Shown in pieces: positions 28,918-38,992 of a DNA stretch of 64,000 nt. The DNA lies in contig LCDA01000002.1 of NCBI GenBank assembly GCA_000998275.1, forward strand, positions 46,708 through 110,707. Direction: 5' to 3'. This DNA comes from Candidatus Collierbacteria bacterium GW2011_GWA2_42_17 (GTDB lineage: Bacteria > Patescibacteriota > Microgenomatia > UBA1400 > MFAQ01). The notes under the pieces were generated by a model that was not told where the DNA came from, made no database searches, and worked only from the letters and a program-made list of their open reading frames with translations. Both the position numbers and the translations under genes were made by a program. Every line of letters starts with the position of its first letter. The first letter of the stretch is position 1.

Positions 28918-29295
28918 TTATCCACCACCAAGGACTAAGTACAGAACAGCGTTGACAAGAAATGATCCTTGATTGACAATTCCCATCACCGGATCAAAAT
29001 TAGCCAACACTCCCTTCGCCAAAGACAAGGTAATCCACTCAAACAGCGGTAATGTAACCAACCAGCCAAGCAACATTACCGCAAAACATCCGCCTTGAAC
29101 GAAGTCTCCGAAGGCTCTTATTGCGACCATGATGATCACACCCACCAAGGCTATTCCAAAAATGAACCACGAAAGTCCAAGAAAGAACTGTTCGACACCC
29201 ACCACGTGAGTGAAGAAATCAAACCACCAAGCATTCCCAACCAGCGCTGAATTTCTTACCTGAAAAAGAGCAATCAACAAAGATAGCCAAGACAT
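28918..29295 (-). CDS. Hypothetical polytopic membrane protein (125 aa)
   Basis: Four hydrophobic helices. Lies between mreB and the inverted mreC. Confidence 0.45.
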   Translation of the reverse strand: MSWLSLLIALFQVRNSALVGNAWWFDFFTHVVGVEQFFLGLSWFIFGIALVGVIIMVAIRAFGDFVQGGCFAVMLLGWLVTLPLFEWITLSLAKGVLANFDPVMGIVNQGSFLVNAVLYLVLGGG

Positions 29296-29385
29296 ATTCC
29301 AACCTCCTATATGTGAGAATTTTAAACTACGCGCACATAATAGCTTAATATAGGGTATTTGTCAATCCTATTTAGATAAAAAACT

Positions 29386-30450
29386 TTACCTCAAGCCTCC
29401 AACAACTCTAACTTTACTCAATAATCTGTCGTTCTCCAATACTCTCGCACACCCCCTTACCACCGCCTCCATTGGTGTCTCCGTCACCCAGACCGGCATA
29501 CCCGTCTGTTCGGCAATTAGCTTATCAATTCCCCGAATAAGCGACCCTCCTCCCGCCATGACCATCCCCTTTTCCAAAATATCGGCTACCAAATCCGGAG
29601 GAGTCTCTTCAATAATCAGGGTGATCTCGGAAAGAATTTGATTAACGACAGGCATCATTGCCTCTCGAATCTCAATACTGTTCAACTTCATCGACTTCGG
29701 TAACCCGTTCTCCAAGCTTCTACCGCGAACTACGATCTCCAAAGGTTTTCCTTCCTTCTCACACTTCAATGGAAACGCCGACCCTACTTTAATTTTGACT
29801 TCTTCGGCAGTACTCTCGCCCAAAAGTAAACTATATTTCAGTCTTACAAAATTAGAAATTGCTTCCGTAAGCTCATCACCTGCCACCCGTAACGATCGAT
29901 TCAAAACCAAACCACCAAGAGAAATAATTCCGATTTCGCTTGTTCCTCCACCAATATCACAAACCATCTGACCTTCGGCTTTTTCAATGGGAAGCCCTGA
30001 ACCAATCGCTGCCGCCATCGGTTCTTCGACTAAAAACGCTGCTCGCGCACCGGCCGACAACGCCGCTTCTTGCACCGCTCTTCGCTCTACCTCAGTAACA
30101 CCAGATGGAATACCGATTGCTACGCGGGGACGGGCAATTTTAAATCCGAGACCTTTATAGAACTCATGGACCTCTACTATATAGTGTTTAAGCATCGCTT
30201 CCGCTGCGTCAAAATCCGCAATCACTCCATCACGCAACGGTCGAACCACCTCGATACTGGCAGGATTCTTTCCCAACATCTTTTTCGCTTCTTCTCCTAT
30301 AGCCAAAATTTCTTTGGTCTTCATATGGCGAGCAACTACTGATGGTTGTCTAATCACCACCCCCTTACCGGCAACGTGAACCACAGTATTAGCCGTACCC
30401 AAATCGATACCAACATCAAGAGTGGCTAATCTCCACAAAGACTCGAACAT
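29386..30450 (-). CDS. mreB: Rod shape-determining actin homolog MreB
   Basis: Actin-fold phosphate motifs (VGIDLGTANT, DIGGGTSEIG) and 354 aa. Confidence 0.92.
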   Translation of the reverse strand: MFESLWRLATLDVGIDLGTANTVVHVAGKGVVIRQPSVVARHMKTKEILAIGEEAKKMLGKNPASIEVVRPLRDGVIADFDAAEAMLKHYIVEVHEFYKGLGFKIARPRVAIGIPSGVTEVERRAVQEAALSAGARAAFLVEEPMAAAIGSGLPIEKAEGQMVCDIGGGTSEIGIISLGGLVLNRSLRVAGDELTEAISNFVRLKYSLLLGESTAEEVKIKVGSAFPLKCEKEGKPLEIVVRGRSLENGLPKSMKLNSIEIREAMMPVVNQILSEITLIIEETPPDLVADILEKGMVMAGGGSLIRGIDKLIAEQTGMPVWVTETPMEAVVRGCARVLENDRLLSKVRVVGGLR

Positions 30451-30537
30451 AATATGGCTAATAATAACAGATTACCTCATTTTTTGAGAGGCAAAAACAC
30501 TACCAAAAACATAAATCACAAAATGTTAAACTAATCC

Positions 30538-32466
30538 ATGTCTTTCTCCTCGCAAACTTTGACCAAATTAATCCGCCAACTCTTCTACACCCTTTTTTTC
30601 CTCACCCCTCTTCTTCTTTGGCCCTACACTTCTGAGGTTTTTGAATTCAACAAAATGATGTTCGTCTATTTGCTGACCGTTCTCATTGCCTCCGTTTGGG
30701 CCATTAGGTCCTTCTTAAATAAAAAATTTGAAATCGTCAGAACTCCCCTCGATATTCCCATCCTGCTTTTTCTCGCTTCCCAGATCATCTCCACTATTAT
30801 TTCCATCAATTCTCATACTAGTCTCTGGGGATATTACTCACGTTTCCACGGTGGTTTAATGTCCACTGTCTCCTACATCACTCTTTACTACGCTCTTGTC
30901 ACCCATTTTCATGGCGAAAATAAAGCCATCAAAAATCTCTTAATCGCCATTCTTTCTTCAGCCGCCATTATCTCCCTCTACGCCGTCCTCGAACATTTTG
31001 GTATCGACAAAGACATCTGGGTCCAAGATGTCCAAAATCGCGTCTTTTCCACTCTTGGTCAACCCAACTGGCTCTCCGCTTTTCTCGTTGCCCTTCTTCC
31101 CCTCTCTCTTTTTCAAATAGTAAGCTCCGCAAAAAATAATCACCGTTTTCTTTACGCCTGCCTTTCTCTTCTTTATCTCATCGCCATCATCTTTACCAAG
31201 TCTCAGTCCGGCATTGCCGCTACCGCTGTTGTTCTAGTTCTCTTCCTTATCATCACCGCCATCCAAAAGAAAAAATCTCTTCTTCTCCTAGCCTTTATTC
31301 CCCTTCTTACTCTCGTCCTTGTTTTCAAAGGAGACTCTGTTCTCCGTACTCTTTCTTCCCTCAACAAAATCAACCCTTTTTACTCCGACACCATCACCAT
31401 CATTACCGAAGAAAACAAAACCCGGATTGGCGGTTCCGACTCTATGGCTATTCGTCGTGTTGTCTGGGAAGGCGCCCTCAAACTCGGACTTAAATATCCT
31501 CTTTTTGGCACCGGTGTTGAGACTTTTGGTTACTCTTATTACGCTGTTCGACCCGTCGCTCACAACCTCACCTCGGAGTCCGATTTTCTCTATAACAAAG
31601 CCCACAACGAGTATTTAAACTTTTTGGCCACCACCGGCTTTGTTGGTCTTTTTACCTATCTTTTCCTCATTGGTTCAATTCTTTATCTTTTTCTCAATAA
31701 AAAAACAGACCATCACGATCTGCGTTTTCCTCTTCTTCTTGGTTTTGTCTCAATTCTAATTACCAACTACATTGGCTTCTCTGTCGTCAACATTGCCCTT
31801 TTCTTCTTCCTCTACCCCGCCATTTATATCTCATTAATAAATAAAAACACTCTTCTATCACGCAAACTAAATCTCGACTCCACCATCGGTATTATCATTG
31901 TCTCTATCCTCGCCATCTGGGCTATTATCGGTCTATCCAGAGCCTGGCGAGCCGACATCGCCTACAACAAAGGCAAGGGGAATCTTGACGAAGCAGAAAG
32001 AGCCGTCAAACTTAATCCCCGAGAGCCTATTTACTATGCCCAACTTGGCAATATTAACTCCCTCGTGGCCACACAGTTGATTGTTCCCCAGATCGCCCAA
32101 CTTCCTTCCACCGCTTCCGCCGAAATTAAAGCTCAAGCAAACTCCATTCTCAATAAGTATGTTGACCAAGCCACCGGTAATATCAACAAAGCCCAAAGCC
32201 TCAACCCCTTCAATCTAAACATCCTTAAAACGAAAGCCAAAACCGAACTGGCTCTTGCTACTATTGATCCTAAATATCTTCAAGACGCTCTCAATACTCT
32301 TCTTAGGATTATCGCGCTTTCTCCCAATGAAAGTAACAACTATCTTAATCTCGGCATTCTCTATCAAAGCCTGAATAAAACCGACCTCGCCAAGACAGCT
32401 TTCGAAAAGGCTCTCGAGCTAAACCCAAACTCTGAGACTGCCAAGGGCTATCTTCAAAAACTTTAG
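30538..32466 (+). CDS. O-antigen ligase/polymerase (Wzy_C)-family membrane protein with C-terminal TPR repeats
   Basis: About 12 TM helices, the Wzy_C signature AHNEYLNFLATTGFVGL, and a TPR-like C-terminus (NLGILYQSLNKTDLAKTAFEKALELNPN). Confidence 0.7.
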   Translation: MSFSSQTLTKLIRQLFYTLFFLTPLLLWPYTSEVFEFNKMMFVYLLTVLIASVWAIRSFLNKKFEIVRTPLDIPILLFLASQIISTIISINSHTSLWGYYSRFHGGLMSTVSYITLYYALVTHFHGENKAIKNLLIAILSSAAIISLYAVLEHFGIDKDIWVQDVQNRVFSTLGQPNWLSAFLVALLPLSLFQIVSSAKNNHRFLYACLSLLYLIAIIFTKSQSGIAATAVVLVLFLIITAIQKKKSLLLLAFIPLLTLVLVFKGDSVLRTLSSLNKINPFYSDTITIITEENKTRIGGSDSMAIRRVVWEGALKLGLKYPLFGTGVETFGYSYYAVRPVAHNLTSESDFLYNKAHNEYLNFLATTGFVGLFTYLFLIGSILYLFLNKKTDHHDLRFPLLLGFVSILITNYIGFSVVNIALFFFLYPAIYISLINKNTLLSRKLNLDSTIGIIIVSILAIWAIIGLSRAWRADIAYNKGKGNLDEAERAVKLNPREPIYYAQLGNINSLVATQLIVPQIAQLPSTASAEIKAQANSILNKYVDQATGNINKAQSLNPFNLNILKTKAKTELALATIDPKYLQDALNTLLRIIALSPNESNNYLNLGILYQSLNKTDLAKTAFEKALELNPNSETAKGYLQKL

Positions 32467-32528
32467 GCACGCTCTTTCTCCATCACCGCACATATTACAG
32501 GTCAAATGGTAAAATATACCTGTTATTT

Positions 32529-33062
32529 ATGAAAATCCTGACCACACCCGACCCATTTTTACGACTTACCGCTCTTCCTGTCGAAAAGCTCGACAAGAAA
32601 TTAAAGGAGCAGATTGTCGACATGATTAAAACCCTAAAATCCGCCAAGGATCCCGAGGGTGTTGGTCTGGCAGCCACCCAGGTTGGTATTAACCGTCGCC
32701 TCTTCATCATTATTTTTAATAATATTCCCGAGATTTTTATCAACCCCGAACTTAAAAACTTCTCCAAGGCCACCTTATTTGATGTTCATACTCGTTCCAA
32801 AGATCGTTGGCTTGAGGGCTGTCTTTCCGTTCCCCGTCTCTGGGGTGCTGTCAATCGACCCTACTCTGTGGAAGTCGATTATCTGACGCCATTAGGCGAT
32901 AAACTCGAGAAGCGACACCGTAAATTCGAAGACGCCGACGCTTCCTACATCCAGCACGAAAACGATCACCTTAACGGTATTCTCTTTACCGACCGTATTC
33001 TGGAACAAGGTGGAGAGATTCTAAGGGAAACACCTTCCGGTCTCACCCCCATCGAGATGTAA
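32529..33062 (+). CDS. def: Peptide deformylase
   Basis: Motifs GVGLAATQ, EGCLSVP and HENDHLNG. Confidence 0.92.
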   Translation: MKILTTPDPFLRLTALPVEKLDKKLKEQIVDMIKTLKSAKDPEGVGLAATQVGINRRLFIIIFNNIPEIFINPELKNFSKATLFDVHTRSKDRWLEGCLSVPRLWGAVNRPYSVEVDYLTPLGDKLEKRHRKFEDADASYIQHENDHLNGILFTDRILEQGGEILRETPSGLTPIEM

Positions 33063-33086
33063 AAATGCCCCGCAAAATGCGGGGCT
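33061..33086. terminator. Bidirectional rho-independent terminator (gccccgc-aaaat-gcggggc) between def (+) and the 33119..33424 gene (-)
   Basis: A perfect 7-bp GC stem, flanked by an A-run on the plus strand, which gives a T-run on the minus strand. Confidence 0.7.
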
Positions 33087-33118
33087 ACTATACCACTCTC
33101 TATCTTAAGAAATTAACC

Positions 33119-33424
33119 CTAGGAAAATACTTCGATCATTCCCTTTTTGTTAAACTCATCCATGATCGTCACAGGCAGACTGATTCCTTGTAAGGAATAC
33201 AATTTAGCCCACTTGATTGAAACAACAACGCCACACCTTTGGCAAAGCGTCTCAATCTTTTCCACCTGGTAAGCTACACATCCGTAATGCAGGCTAAACT
33301 CAGGCTTGACAAGCTCGTCATACTTTGCACAATTCACAATCCATCTCGACTGATTTTCTCTCAAATTGTGCCCCACTCTTTTACACTTATTTTCAGGGTG
33401 CAAAAGCTCATCAATGAATCTCAT
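33119..33424 (-). CDS. Hypothetical Cys-containing protein (101 aa)
   Basis: ORF with terminator support. No family match. Confidence 0.4.
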   Translation of the reverse strand: MRFIDELLHPENKCKRVGHNLRENQSRWIVNCAKYDELVKPEFSLHYGCVAYQVEKIETLCQRCGVVVSIKWAKLYSLQGISLPVTIMDEFNKKGMIEVFS

Positions 33425-33529
33425 TTTTCCTCCTTCCTCCTATTTAAAGTTCAATTCGGATTTCCAACCGGAAGTATAACTCTCGTGAATATAATAGTCA
33501 ACCTATAAGACAAATGTTAAAATAGAGTT

Positions 33530-34405
33530 ATGAAACCCAATCTCATCTACTTTGGCTCTCCCGATTTTTCCGCCACCATTCTTGAATCAATCCTTAAAAG
33601 CGACCTTATTAACGTAGTTGGCGTGGTCACCACTCCCGATATGCCCTCGGGAAGAAGCCTCACTCTGACTCCCTCCCCAGTTGCCATTCTGTCAGACAAC
33701 CACAACCTCCCCGTCTTTAAACCAAGCAAGCTCGATGATGCTAACCTTTCCCATCTCAGACTCCTCAAGCCGGACATCTTTCTGGTTGTTTCCTATGGCA
33801 AGATTATTCCCAAAACATATTTGGAAACTCCAAAAATTGGCACTTTCAATATCCATTTCTCTCTTTTACCAAAGTACCGTGGCGCTCTTCCCATAAGTGA
33901 AGCCATTAAAAATCAGGACCAGACTACCGGTGTCACCCTTATGGAAATGGACGTACTCTTAGACCATGGCCCCATCATCTCCCAGGTCGAAATTCCCATC
34001 AATATCCAAGACAATACCGCCACATTGACCACAAAACTTACTCAAGCTGCCATCTCTCTATTGGCCGATAAATTACCCGAAATCTGTGCTCAAAGATACC
34101 CAAAAACTCCCCAAGATGAGTCCTTGGTAGTTTTCACACCAAGCCATAAAACGGTTTCCCGAGAAACCGCCTTCATTCCTTTCGATAAAATCCTTATTGC
34201 TCAAAATGGCATCGACTCCTCTGCCCTTCACGCCCTTATCCGCTCCCTTAACCCGACCCCCGGTGCTTGGACCACTATCGGTGATATTGATGTCAAAATT
34301 ATTGAAACTTCACTAGAAAACAAAAGGCTCGTTCTCAACACCGTTCAACTCCCTGGTAAGTCCCCCATCTCCTGGAAACAGTTCCTCCAAGGTCATCGGA
34401 TTTAG
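33530..34405 (+). CDS. fmt: Methionyl-tRNA formyltransferase
   Basis: Formyl-transferase N-terminus (LIYFGSPDFSA...VVTTPD), a SLLPKYRG motif, and pairing with def. Confidence 0.88.
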   Translation: MKPNLIYFGSPDFSATILESILKSDLINVVGVVTTPDMPSGRSLTLTPSPVAILSDNHNLPVFKPSKLDDANLSHLRLLKPDIFLVVSYGKIIPKTYLETPKIGTFNIHFSLLPKYRGALPISEAIKNQDQTTGVTLMEMDVLLDHGPIISQVEIPINIQDNTATLTTKLTQAAISLLADKLPEICAQRYPKTPQDESLVVFTPSHKTVSRETAFIPFDKILIAQNGIDSSALHALIRSLNPTPGAWTTIGDIDVKIIETSLENKRLVLNTVQLPGKSPISWKQFLQGHRI

Positions 34406-35151
34406 TGACCTACTAAGAAAATTCTTTTTGTCAACCTCTCATATTTATCCGGAGAACTACTTTCCAAAAATATCTTGTAATTACAATCCCTCAGAATATC
34501 GGTCACCAGCATTTTCGTTTCCAAGGTAATACTTTCTTCTTCTCGTAAAGCAAAAATTCCAAAACGAAAAACATCATCAATTACCCTAAAACCCACACAG
34601 ACCTTAAACTCACCATAACTCACCGTCATCAGCGTCGATAAAGTAAAATCTAAACCTTCTCCTGAAGACAAGATAGGACCCTTTCCGGTATTTCTATCAA
34701 TCTGAACCACCGCTACCGTATTATTCTTAAAATCAAAACTAATCGCTAGTTGTTCATTTGCATTTACGACCTTCTCTAGTACCTCCTCAAGTACTTCTCC
34801 TCCCATTTTCTCCATCTCTTCTTCCGAAAAATTATCACAGTACTTGACTAAATCTATTCCGGCATCAGTTAAACGACCATCATTTTTATAATACAAACCT
34901 ATACCCATTTCATCAGCCAAAACACGAAACCCTTTCTCGTTTGCATGAAACTCCACCATACCCAAAGAAGTCTCTCGCAATGTGTCTAGTCTTGTCGTTT
35001 TTCGTTCTCTTTCAGATGCACCATGAAAATCAGTGTCAGAATAGTTTGTCAACGATCCAAACTCAGGAGATACACTCAACAAAGACCAATCTTCAGGCAA
35101 AATTCCCCGTCGCTCAGGAGAACTACTTGACATTTGCTTTGGCCATAGCAA
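34402..35151 (-). CDS. Hypothetical protein (249 aa)
   Basis: ORF downstream of rpmB on the same strand, overlapping it by 29 nt. No family match. Confidence 0.45.
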   Translation of the reverse strand: MLWPKQMSSSSPERRGILPEDWSLLSVSPEFGSLTNYSDTDFHGASERERKTTRLDTLRETSLGMVEFHANEKGFRVLADEMGIGLYYKNDGRLTDAGIDLVKYCDNFSEEEMEKMGGEVLEEVLEKVVNANEQLAISFDFKNNTVAVVQIDRNTGKGPILSSGEGLDFTLSTLMTVSYGEFKVCVGFRVIDDVFRFGIFALREEESITLETKMLVTDILRDCNYKIFLESSSPDKYERLTKRIFLVGH

Positions 35152-35383
35152 CCTGTTCGGCTCTTTGAGCCTCTCTCAGGGATCTCTTACAAGTTGTACA
35201 AACTTTAATTTTTACCTTTGTTCCTTCGATTACCAAGTGGTGAACGTGAAGGTTGGGTTTTCTTACTTGCTTGATTCTGCGTTTGGAAAAACTGACCAAG
35301 TTAGCATGTTGTACACCCTTGCCGCAAATAGCACACTGAAGTTTTCCTTTTTCTGGCTGTTTTACTGTTTGTTTCATGGGCAC
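35123..35383 (-). CDS. rpmB: 50S ribosomal protein L28
   Basis: Basic 86-aa protein with the L28 pattern (C..CGKG...N.VS.S.....R.PNLH). Confidence 0.75.
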   Translation of the reverse strand: MPMKQTVKQPEKGKLQCAICGKGVQHANLVSFSKRRIKQVRKPNLHVHHLVIEGTKVKIKVCTTCKRSLREAQRAEQVAMAKANVK

Positions 35384-35429
35384 AATTTTAACATATTTTT
35401 CTTCCTCAGGTATACTAGAATAAGTTCTT

Positions 35430-36056
35430 ATGCTATTTACCCTATTCGAAATCCTTCTATCTGTCGTTTATCTTATCCTCGCCATCGCCATTCACGAGTT
35501 TTCCCATGCCTTTGCCGCGGACCGTCTGGGCGATCCCACGGCCAGAGCTGCCGGTAGACTAACCCTTAATCCCTTTGCCCACATCGATCTTGTAGGCACC
35601 GTTGTCCTTCCTCTGTCTCTCATGCTCCTCTCCGGAGGCGGTTTTGCTTTTGGCTGGGGCAAACCAACACCTTTTGATCCCTACAATCTCCAAAAACCCC
35701 GCCGCGATGCCGGCATCATCTCCATCGCCGGACCAATAAGTAACCTTCTTTTGGCTTCCGTAGTAGCTTTAATTGTTCATTTTCTCCCCTATACTTTCGG
35801 AATTTTCTTGGTCCCTTTTGTGATCGTAAATATTAGTTTAGCCGTCTTCAACCTTGTCCCCGTCGGACCTCTGGATGGTCAAAAAATCATCTTTGCCTTA
35901 CTTCCAAGAGGCTTGGCCTATGAATACCAAACAATTATGAACCGTTACGGCACGCTCCTTCTCATCTTCCTTATCTTCCCTTTTTTTGGTAGTTCTCCAA
36001 TAATGGCAATTCTGGAACCCATCATCCGGTTTCTAATCCGCCTCTTACTCCCCTAA
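35430..36056 (+). CDS. Peptidase M50 (site-2 protease family) membrane zinc metalloprotease
   Basis: HEFSHAF (HExxH) in TM1, a second motif LNLVPVGPLDG (LDG), and 208 aa. Confidence 0.8.
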   Translation: MLFTLFEILLSVVYLILAIAIHEFSHAFAADRLGDPTARAAGRLTLNPFAHIDLVGTVVLPLSLMLLSGGGFAFGWGKPTPFDPYNLQKPRRDAGIISIAGPISNLLLASVVALIVHFLPYTFGIFLVPFVIVNISLAVFNLVPVGPLDGQKIIFALLPRGLAYEYQTIMNRYGTLLLIFLIFPFFGSSPIMAILEPIIRFLIRLLLP

Positions 36057-36072
36057 TAAATAAAACTAGAAT

Positions 36073-36711
36073 TTAGAGGGCTCGTTTTCTGGAGATAAAG
36101 CTAAAGACCCCTACGATAAGAAGTAGCGCTCCAAATCCAAACAAAGCAATCTTTAAAACTGTCGACAATGCTCCCCCTATTCCCTGACCGACCGTAGCTT
36201 CCGGAGTTATTTTTGCCTCCGCTGACTTTGTGGGAGTTGCCTTTACGGCTTTTTCCGGTGTCGGTGTCGGAGCAATGGTCACACTAGCGTCTTGTTTTAC
36301 TTCACCGGTCACAAAATTAATTGCTTGTACTACACCTGAAAGCAAAACACTGTCTGATGGTTTACTTCCGTAGCCATCGGTCTCTGCCGTCACAAAAAGA
36401 CTGGTAAATTTAGTGTCGGTACCTGTCGCCAACTTTCCGTTGACAATTTCACCGATTCTTCTGGTTTTACCCGTTTCTCCAGTAGACCAAACAACGTAGC
36501 GATTTTGTTCTGGAGATAAAGCGGTTTTTAGATCTCGACAGGTAGCCAAAATTCTGTATGTTCCATCAACAAACACGGAAGCGGCAAAACAAGAGCCACT
36601 GGTTCCCGCGCCTCTCAATAAAACAACCCCTTCGTTGGCCATTGATACTTTGGGAAATGCCAAAATTTCCAGTAAGGCAACCATTAACAAACCTAAATTT
36701 AATTTCCTCAT
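36073..36711 (-). CDS. Exported hypothetical protein with a signal peptide and a C-terminal TM anchor (212 aa)
   Basis: N-terminal signal-like segment (MRKLNLGLLMVALLEILAFPKVSMA) and a C-terminal hydrophobic helix followed by RKRAL. Confidence 0.5.
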   Translation of the reverse strand: MRKLNLGLLMVALLEILAFPKVSMANEGVVLLRGAGTSGSCFAASVFVDGTYRILATCRDLKTALSPEQNRYVVWSTGETGKTRRIGEIVNGKLATGTDTKFTSLFVTAETDGYGSKPSDSVLLSGVVQAINFVTGEVKQDASVTIAPTPTPEKAVKATPTKSAEAKITPEATVGQGIGGALSTVLKIALFGFGALLLIVGVFSFISRKRAL

Positions 36712-36734
36712 ATAAAAATATTGTACCGCAAATC

Positions 36735-38249
36735 CTACAGATTTTTCACCATATAAGTTCCCTCAAGTTCATACCCCAACTTCCGGTAGTACTCCCTCGT
36801 GCCAATAGCTGAAATCACCGCCATTTTCTTGTAGCCCATTTCCCTTGCAATTTCCTCGGCTTTGACCATCAGTCTTTTCCCCAGTCCTCGGTGTTGTGTT
36901 TTGATGCCGTCATTGATATCAATCTGAGCCACCTGACCATAAGTGTGTACTTCCCGAGTAATCGCTGCCCCTTCAAGTTCTTCAAAAAGCATCTTTTCCG
37001 TTTTCTCAGGTAGTCTAAGTCGCAACATCGAAAACAATTTATCTTCATACTCGTAAGACAAAAACAGTTCTTTACCTCCCAAACTTTCCCTTTCGTTAAC
37101 CAGTAACTCCACCTTGGTGTCATAAACTCCTCCACGGACTTCTCGACAACGAATACATCTACACTTCTTCCCTTCTTCCAAAAGTTCTTGCTGAAGAATT
37201 TGCCTTAGATTAGTTCTTGTCGTTCCGGCTGACACCCATTTTTTACTGATATCTCGAATAAGTCTATCTATACGACACCATACGGGTGTCTGAGCTTTGA
37301 TCTCTTTTAATACCTTAATCAGATCAATCTCTTCATAAGGTAGATACTCTCCTTGTTTCCACATCTCATACATCTCCGTCCCCTTAATCGTCATCGCCGG
37401 ATACACCTTTAGGTAGTCCGGACCAAATCGAAGATCATTAAACATCATCTTCGCCATCTCGATGTCCTTTTCGGGATTACTTCCAGGTAAATTCGGCATC
37501 AAGTGATAACAAATCTTCAGACCCGCATTGCGACACATTCTGGTTGCCTCGGCCACTTCGTCAAGGCTATGCCCCCTTTTTATTTTCTTTAAAATCTCTT
37601 CGTCAAAAGCCTGTACTCCCAGCTGAACCTTCGTCACCCCCAACTCTCGCCAGAGTCTAATTTCCTGCTCGCTCACCCAATCAGGTCTTGTCTCTACCGA
37701 AATACCCACGACTCTTTTTTCCGCCGTTTCATTGTATTTTTGGGCTTCAGCCAACGTCTCACTTACTTTGCCATTGACGGCGTCAAACATACTTTTGAAA
37801 AACTCTCGTTTGTACTTCTCGGGATAACTTCCGAAGGTTCCTCCAATGACAATTAAATCGATCTTGTCGGTGATATGTCCTGTCTCCATCATCTGTTTTA
37901 TTCTTCCTTCCACCTGCTTCATTGGATCAAAGTTCAACGTCTTGGCTCTTTGAGCCGCCGGCTCATCGGACAGATATGACTTGGGCATTCCCTCTTCCAA
38001 AGGACAATAGATACACTCTCCCGGACAGTAGAAGGGCTTCATCATCACTGCAAATGGTGCCACACCTGACTCAGTGCGAACCCCGCGAGTTTTCATGGCT
38101 TCAATCAATTCCGGATCGGTCAAACTAGGCCATATTTCCGAGTTCTTGGGCATCCTACGCAGTTCTTTTGACCAAATCCGACGATAGTCCTCGATATTCT
38201 CAAGGGTCAACTTTTCACTGTCTCTTAGGACTAAATCTTCGATTTGCAC
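36735..38249 (-). CDS. Elp3-like tRNA uridine(34) acetyltransferase homolog (radical-SAM domain plus C-terminal GNAT domain)
   Basis: Elp3-type Cys motif FYCPGECIYCP and a C-terminal GNAT acetyl-CoA motif (QHRGLGKRLM). 504 aa, collinear with archaeal and bacterial Elp3. Confidence 0.8.
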   Translation of the reverse strand: MQIEDLVLRDSEKLTLENIEDYRRIWSKELRRMPKNSEIWPSLTDPELIEAMKTRGVRTESGVAPFAVMMKPFYCPGECIYCPLEEGMPKSYLSDEPAAQRAKTLNFDPMKQVEGRIKQMMETGHITDKIDLIVIGGTFGSYPEKYKREFFKSMFDAVNGKVSETLAEAQKYNETAEKRVVGISVETRPDWVSEQEIRLWRELGVTKVQLGVQAFDEEILKKIKRGHSLDEVAEATRMCRNAGLKICYHLMPNLPGSNPEKDIEMAKMMFNDLRFGPDYLKVYPAMTIKGTEMYEMWKQGEYLPYEEIDLIKVLKEIKAQTPVWCRIDRLIRDISKKWVSAGTTRTNLRQILQQELLEEGKKCRCIRCREVRGGVYDTKVELLVNERESLGGKELFLSYEYEDKLFSMLRLRLPEKTEKMLFEELEGAAITREVHTYGQVAQIDINDGIKTQHRGLGKRLMVKAEEIAREMGYKKMAVISAIGTREYYRKLGYELEGTYMVKNL

Positions 38250-38283
38250 TCTCCTATTTTACTCTCCTGCTAAAATATCTCTA

Positions 38284-38919
38284 ATGCCCCAAGAAGAAAA
38301 CATCATCACTTCCGTCAAAAACATCTACGATAATATCGGAAAAGAGTTCTCATCTTCCCGCCAGTACATCTGGCCGGACCTAAAGCCCTACTTAAAAAAC
38401 GTTAAATCTGGCTCTTCTGTTCTTGACGTGGGCTGTGGTAATGGTCGTCTGCTTCTTGGCCTTCCCGAAAAGACCAAGTACACGGGGCTGGATATTAGCA
38501 AAGAACTTCTCAAAGAAGCCGAAAGGGCTCATCCTGAACACAAATTTTACGAAACAGATATTACTAAAGAATCCCTTTGGAAACATCTGCCTCAGTACGA
38601 TTACATTTTTTGTATCGCCGTCTTTCATCATCTCCCCACAAAAAAGGATCAACTTTTTGTTCTCAATCAAATCAAACGTCATCTCAAACCCCGAGGCAAA
38701 ATACTCATCACCGCTTGGAATCTTTGGCAACCAAAATATTTAAAATATCATTTTGACCTAAAAACTAAGCTCCAAAACCCTCATTTTGTCTATATTCCTT
38801 TTCAAGGTAAACCGCGGTTCTGTTTTGCCATGACCACTCCCTATCTAAAAAAACTCCTCGAATCGGTTAATCTGAAACTCAAGGTAAAAAAATCCCCCCA
38901 CAACTATATCCTCAACTAA
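38284..38919 (+). CDS. Class I SAM-dependent methyltransferase
   Basis: Motif I VLDVGCGNGRLL. 211 aa. Substrate unknown. Confidence 0.65.
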   Translation: MPQEENIITSVKNIYDNIGKEFSSSRQYIWPDLKPYLKNVKSGSSVLDVGCGNGRLLLGLPEKTKYTGLDISKELLKEAERAHPEHKFYETDITKESLWKHLPQYDYIFCIAVFHHLPTKKDQLFVLNQIKRHLKPRGKILITAWNLWQPKYLKYHFDLKTKLQNPHFVYIPFQGKPRFCFAMTTPYLKKLLESVNLKLKVKKSPHNYILN

Positions 38920-38992
38920 CATTGATTCTTTTTTAAAGGAAACAACACACCATTGCCTTGACACATCGGTACCTTTTTGCCATACTAAACTA

